Shown one piece after another: positions 63,616 to 64,000 of a DNA stretch of 64,000 nt; position 1 is the first letter of the stretch; the number at the start of each line of letters is the position of its first letter. The stretch spans positions 8,513 through 72,512 of the forward strand of contig JBOHUM010000029.1 in assembly GCA_050734515.1 (NCBI GenBank), read 5' to 3'. The stretch is from Candidatus Dormibacteria bacterium. Lineage in GTDB: Bacteria; Chloroflexota; Dormibacteria; Aeolococcales; Bog-877. The position numbers and the translations under genes were made by a program. The notes under the pieces were generated by a model. The model was given only the letters and a program-made list of their open reading frames with translations. It had not been told where the DNA came from and did not search any database.

Positions 63616-64000
63616 TCACGGAACATTCAGTCTACCAGTGGCGCGAACTGGGGCCGGCCCCGTCCAGCCCCGGCACCGCCCCAGCCGGAGCAGCGCTGAG
63701 CCCGCGCCCAGCAGGAGCGCCAGGGCCCACCAGGCGAGGAGCGCCACCCAAAAGGGAGTCCCCAGCAGTTGGGGCAGCGCCAGCAGCAGGCCGACACCGG
63801 AGCCGGCGGCCCAGGCGGCAGCCCGCGCGGGGTCGGCGGGCAGGGCTCCGGGGAGCAGGTTCCAGCCCAGGGCCGCCGGCCACCCCACGCCCAGGAACAC
63901 CCGCACCAACTCCGCCCCCAGCCCCGGGGCGGAGAGCAGCCCGGCCCAGTCCGCGGAGCCCACGGCCAGGGCAAGCAACACCAGGCCTAGCGACCAGGCG
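63616..64000 (-). CDS. hypothetical membrane protein (3' part; gene continues beyond the window)
   Basis: Open frame with hydrophobic Ala/Leu/Trp-rich helices and no stop before the window end. The high GC makes this weakly supported. Confidence 0.3.
   Translation of the reverse strand, partial: AWSLGLVLLALAVGSADWAGLLSAPGLGAELVRVFLGVGWPAALGWNLLPGALPADPARAAAWAAGSGVGLLLALPQLLGTPFWVALLAWWALALLLGAGSALLRLGRCRGWTGPAPVRATGRLNVP

Noticed and set aside
1-64000. Search for CRISPR arrays, rRNA, IS elements, transposases and integrases.
   Set aside because: No regularly spaced direct repeats were found. There are no rRNA-like conserved stretches. No DDE transposase or tyrosine/serine recombinase motifs appear in any frame. 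The only repeats noted are the short palindromes reported above.

Overview
This 64-kb window is about 70% GC and looks like an actinobacterial chromosome. The evidence for that is the rplU-rpmA-obg-nadD-rsfS, holA/rpsT and glmU-prs gene order, a single-chain glyQS, several F420/mycothiol-type enzymes, and a bS22-like micro-ribosomal protein. The window is densely coding and mostly housekeeping. Identified genes include ppdK, glyQS, a CysRS homologue, recO, prs, glmU, nth, holA, rpsT, ispE, ppk1, rpiA, fabI, an LCP protein, an mtrAB-like two-component pair, a class A PBP, obg, nadD, rsfS, rpmA, rplU and maf. There are two tRNA-Ala genes (GGC and CGC). No rRNA, CRISPR array, IS element or integrase was seen.

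The most unusual locus is a six-gene respiratory operon on the minus strand at 18200-23241. It runs CydA-like oxidase subunit, 77-aa two-TM micro-protein, TAT-signal Rieske protein, cytochrome b, a second CydA-like subunit, then a 135-aa protein. There is no cydB, and a cupredoxin lipoprotein lies 1 kb away. This looks like a hard-wired bc/bd-type module. A second unusual feature is a full-length cysteinyl-tRNA synthetase homologue carrying HIGN in place of the HIGH motif, fused in frame to a C-terminal GT2 glycosyltransferase domain (8145-10316).

Minor points are:
- A small accessory patch sits 3' of tRNA-Ala(CGC), with two VapBC-type toxin-antitoxin pairs nearby and a frameshifted PPOX-family gene.
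- An AT-rich 26-bp palindromic MarR operator lies upstream of a marR-MFS operon.
- A lone intrinsic terminator sits in a 540-bp intergenic gap.
- Ribosomal proteins L21 and S20 have long basic Ala/Pro/Lys tails.
- An AAA+ ATPase of unknown function is transcribed divergently from ponA.

Several start codons are non-ATG (GTG/TTG) with TTGA/GTGA/ATGA stop-start overlaps. Many long ORFs in the six-frame track are GC-rich antisense artefacts and were not called.
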